In this document: one piece after another, positions 63,926-64,000 of the stretch
How positions within the stretch are numbered: the stretch's first letter is position 1
Layout of the letters: every line of letters begins with the position of its first letter
NCBI GenBank assembly: GCA_964469645.1
Contig: CAYXZV010000001.1
Location: 31,790-95,789 of the forward strand
From: an uncultured Methanosarcinales archaeon
GTDB lineage: Archaea > Nanobdellota > Nanobdellia > Woesearchaeales > GW2011-AR4
Direction: 5' to 3'
Length of the DNA stretch: 64,000 nt
Notes under the pieces: generated by a model
Databases searched by the model: none
What the model was told of the DNA's origin: nothing
The model's input: the letters and a program-made list of their open reading frames with translations, nothing else
Position numbers and translations under genes: made by a program

Positions 63926-64000
63926 ATGAAGAAAAAAACCCCGAAACGTTCTAAAAAGAGCCGTAAACTAAAAAAAGAAAGGAATGAAAAGATAGTCGTG
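63926..64000 (+). CDS. Start of a Lys-rich ORF truncated by the window end
   Basis: ATG at 63926 followed by MKKKTPKRSKKSRKLKKERNEKIVV. Incomplete. Confidence 0.3.
   Translation, partial: MKKKTPKRSKKSRKLKKERNEKIVV

Overview
AT-rich archaeal chromosome segment, most consistent with a small-genome DPANN-type lineage. Archaeal markers are rpl44e-rps27e-aIF2alpha-nop10-PAC2, prefoldin alpha, GINS, SRP54/FtsY, BRE/TATA-type promoters and BHB-type tRNA introns. Several genes look bacterial-type: thrS, a short alaS, gpmA, and Bro-N/DinD genes. Housekeeping and partial sugar-metabolism genes (eno, gpmA, ROK kinase, GalT-like, prs) are interleaved with many large envelope proteins, including an S-layer protein, two giant surface proteins and a Bat-like MoxR/DUF58/vWA operon. 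I added three conserved small genes missing from the ORF track: S27e, Nop10 and an RHH regulator. I also added four intron-containing tRNA genes, one tRNA-like element, promoters, one terminator and several repeated non-coding motifs. The best candidate for an undescribed system is the locus 43.8-54.3 kb. It is a translationally coupled minus-strand operon: wHTH, a 1746-aa beta-propeller/Ig-repeat surface protein with a long cytoplasmic tail, a MinD/ParA ATPase, a paralog of the giant protein's stalk/TM module, a polytopic membrane protein and a P-loop-less KaiC-fold protein. It is flanked by a second pseudo-KaiC, an intact KaiC-like ATPase and a small basic protein; the last two share an N-terminal amphipathic motif. 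Other notable items: seven non-canonical tRNA introns, two of them clearly homologous with compensatory changes; a tRNA-flanked remnant of an integrated element carrying phage-like genes; a GC-rich GTGC-N6-GCACAC motif family; and a duplicated palindrome-plus-TATA promoter module. All calls rest on reading the sequence and remembered family motifs. No database search was run.
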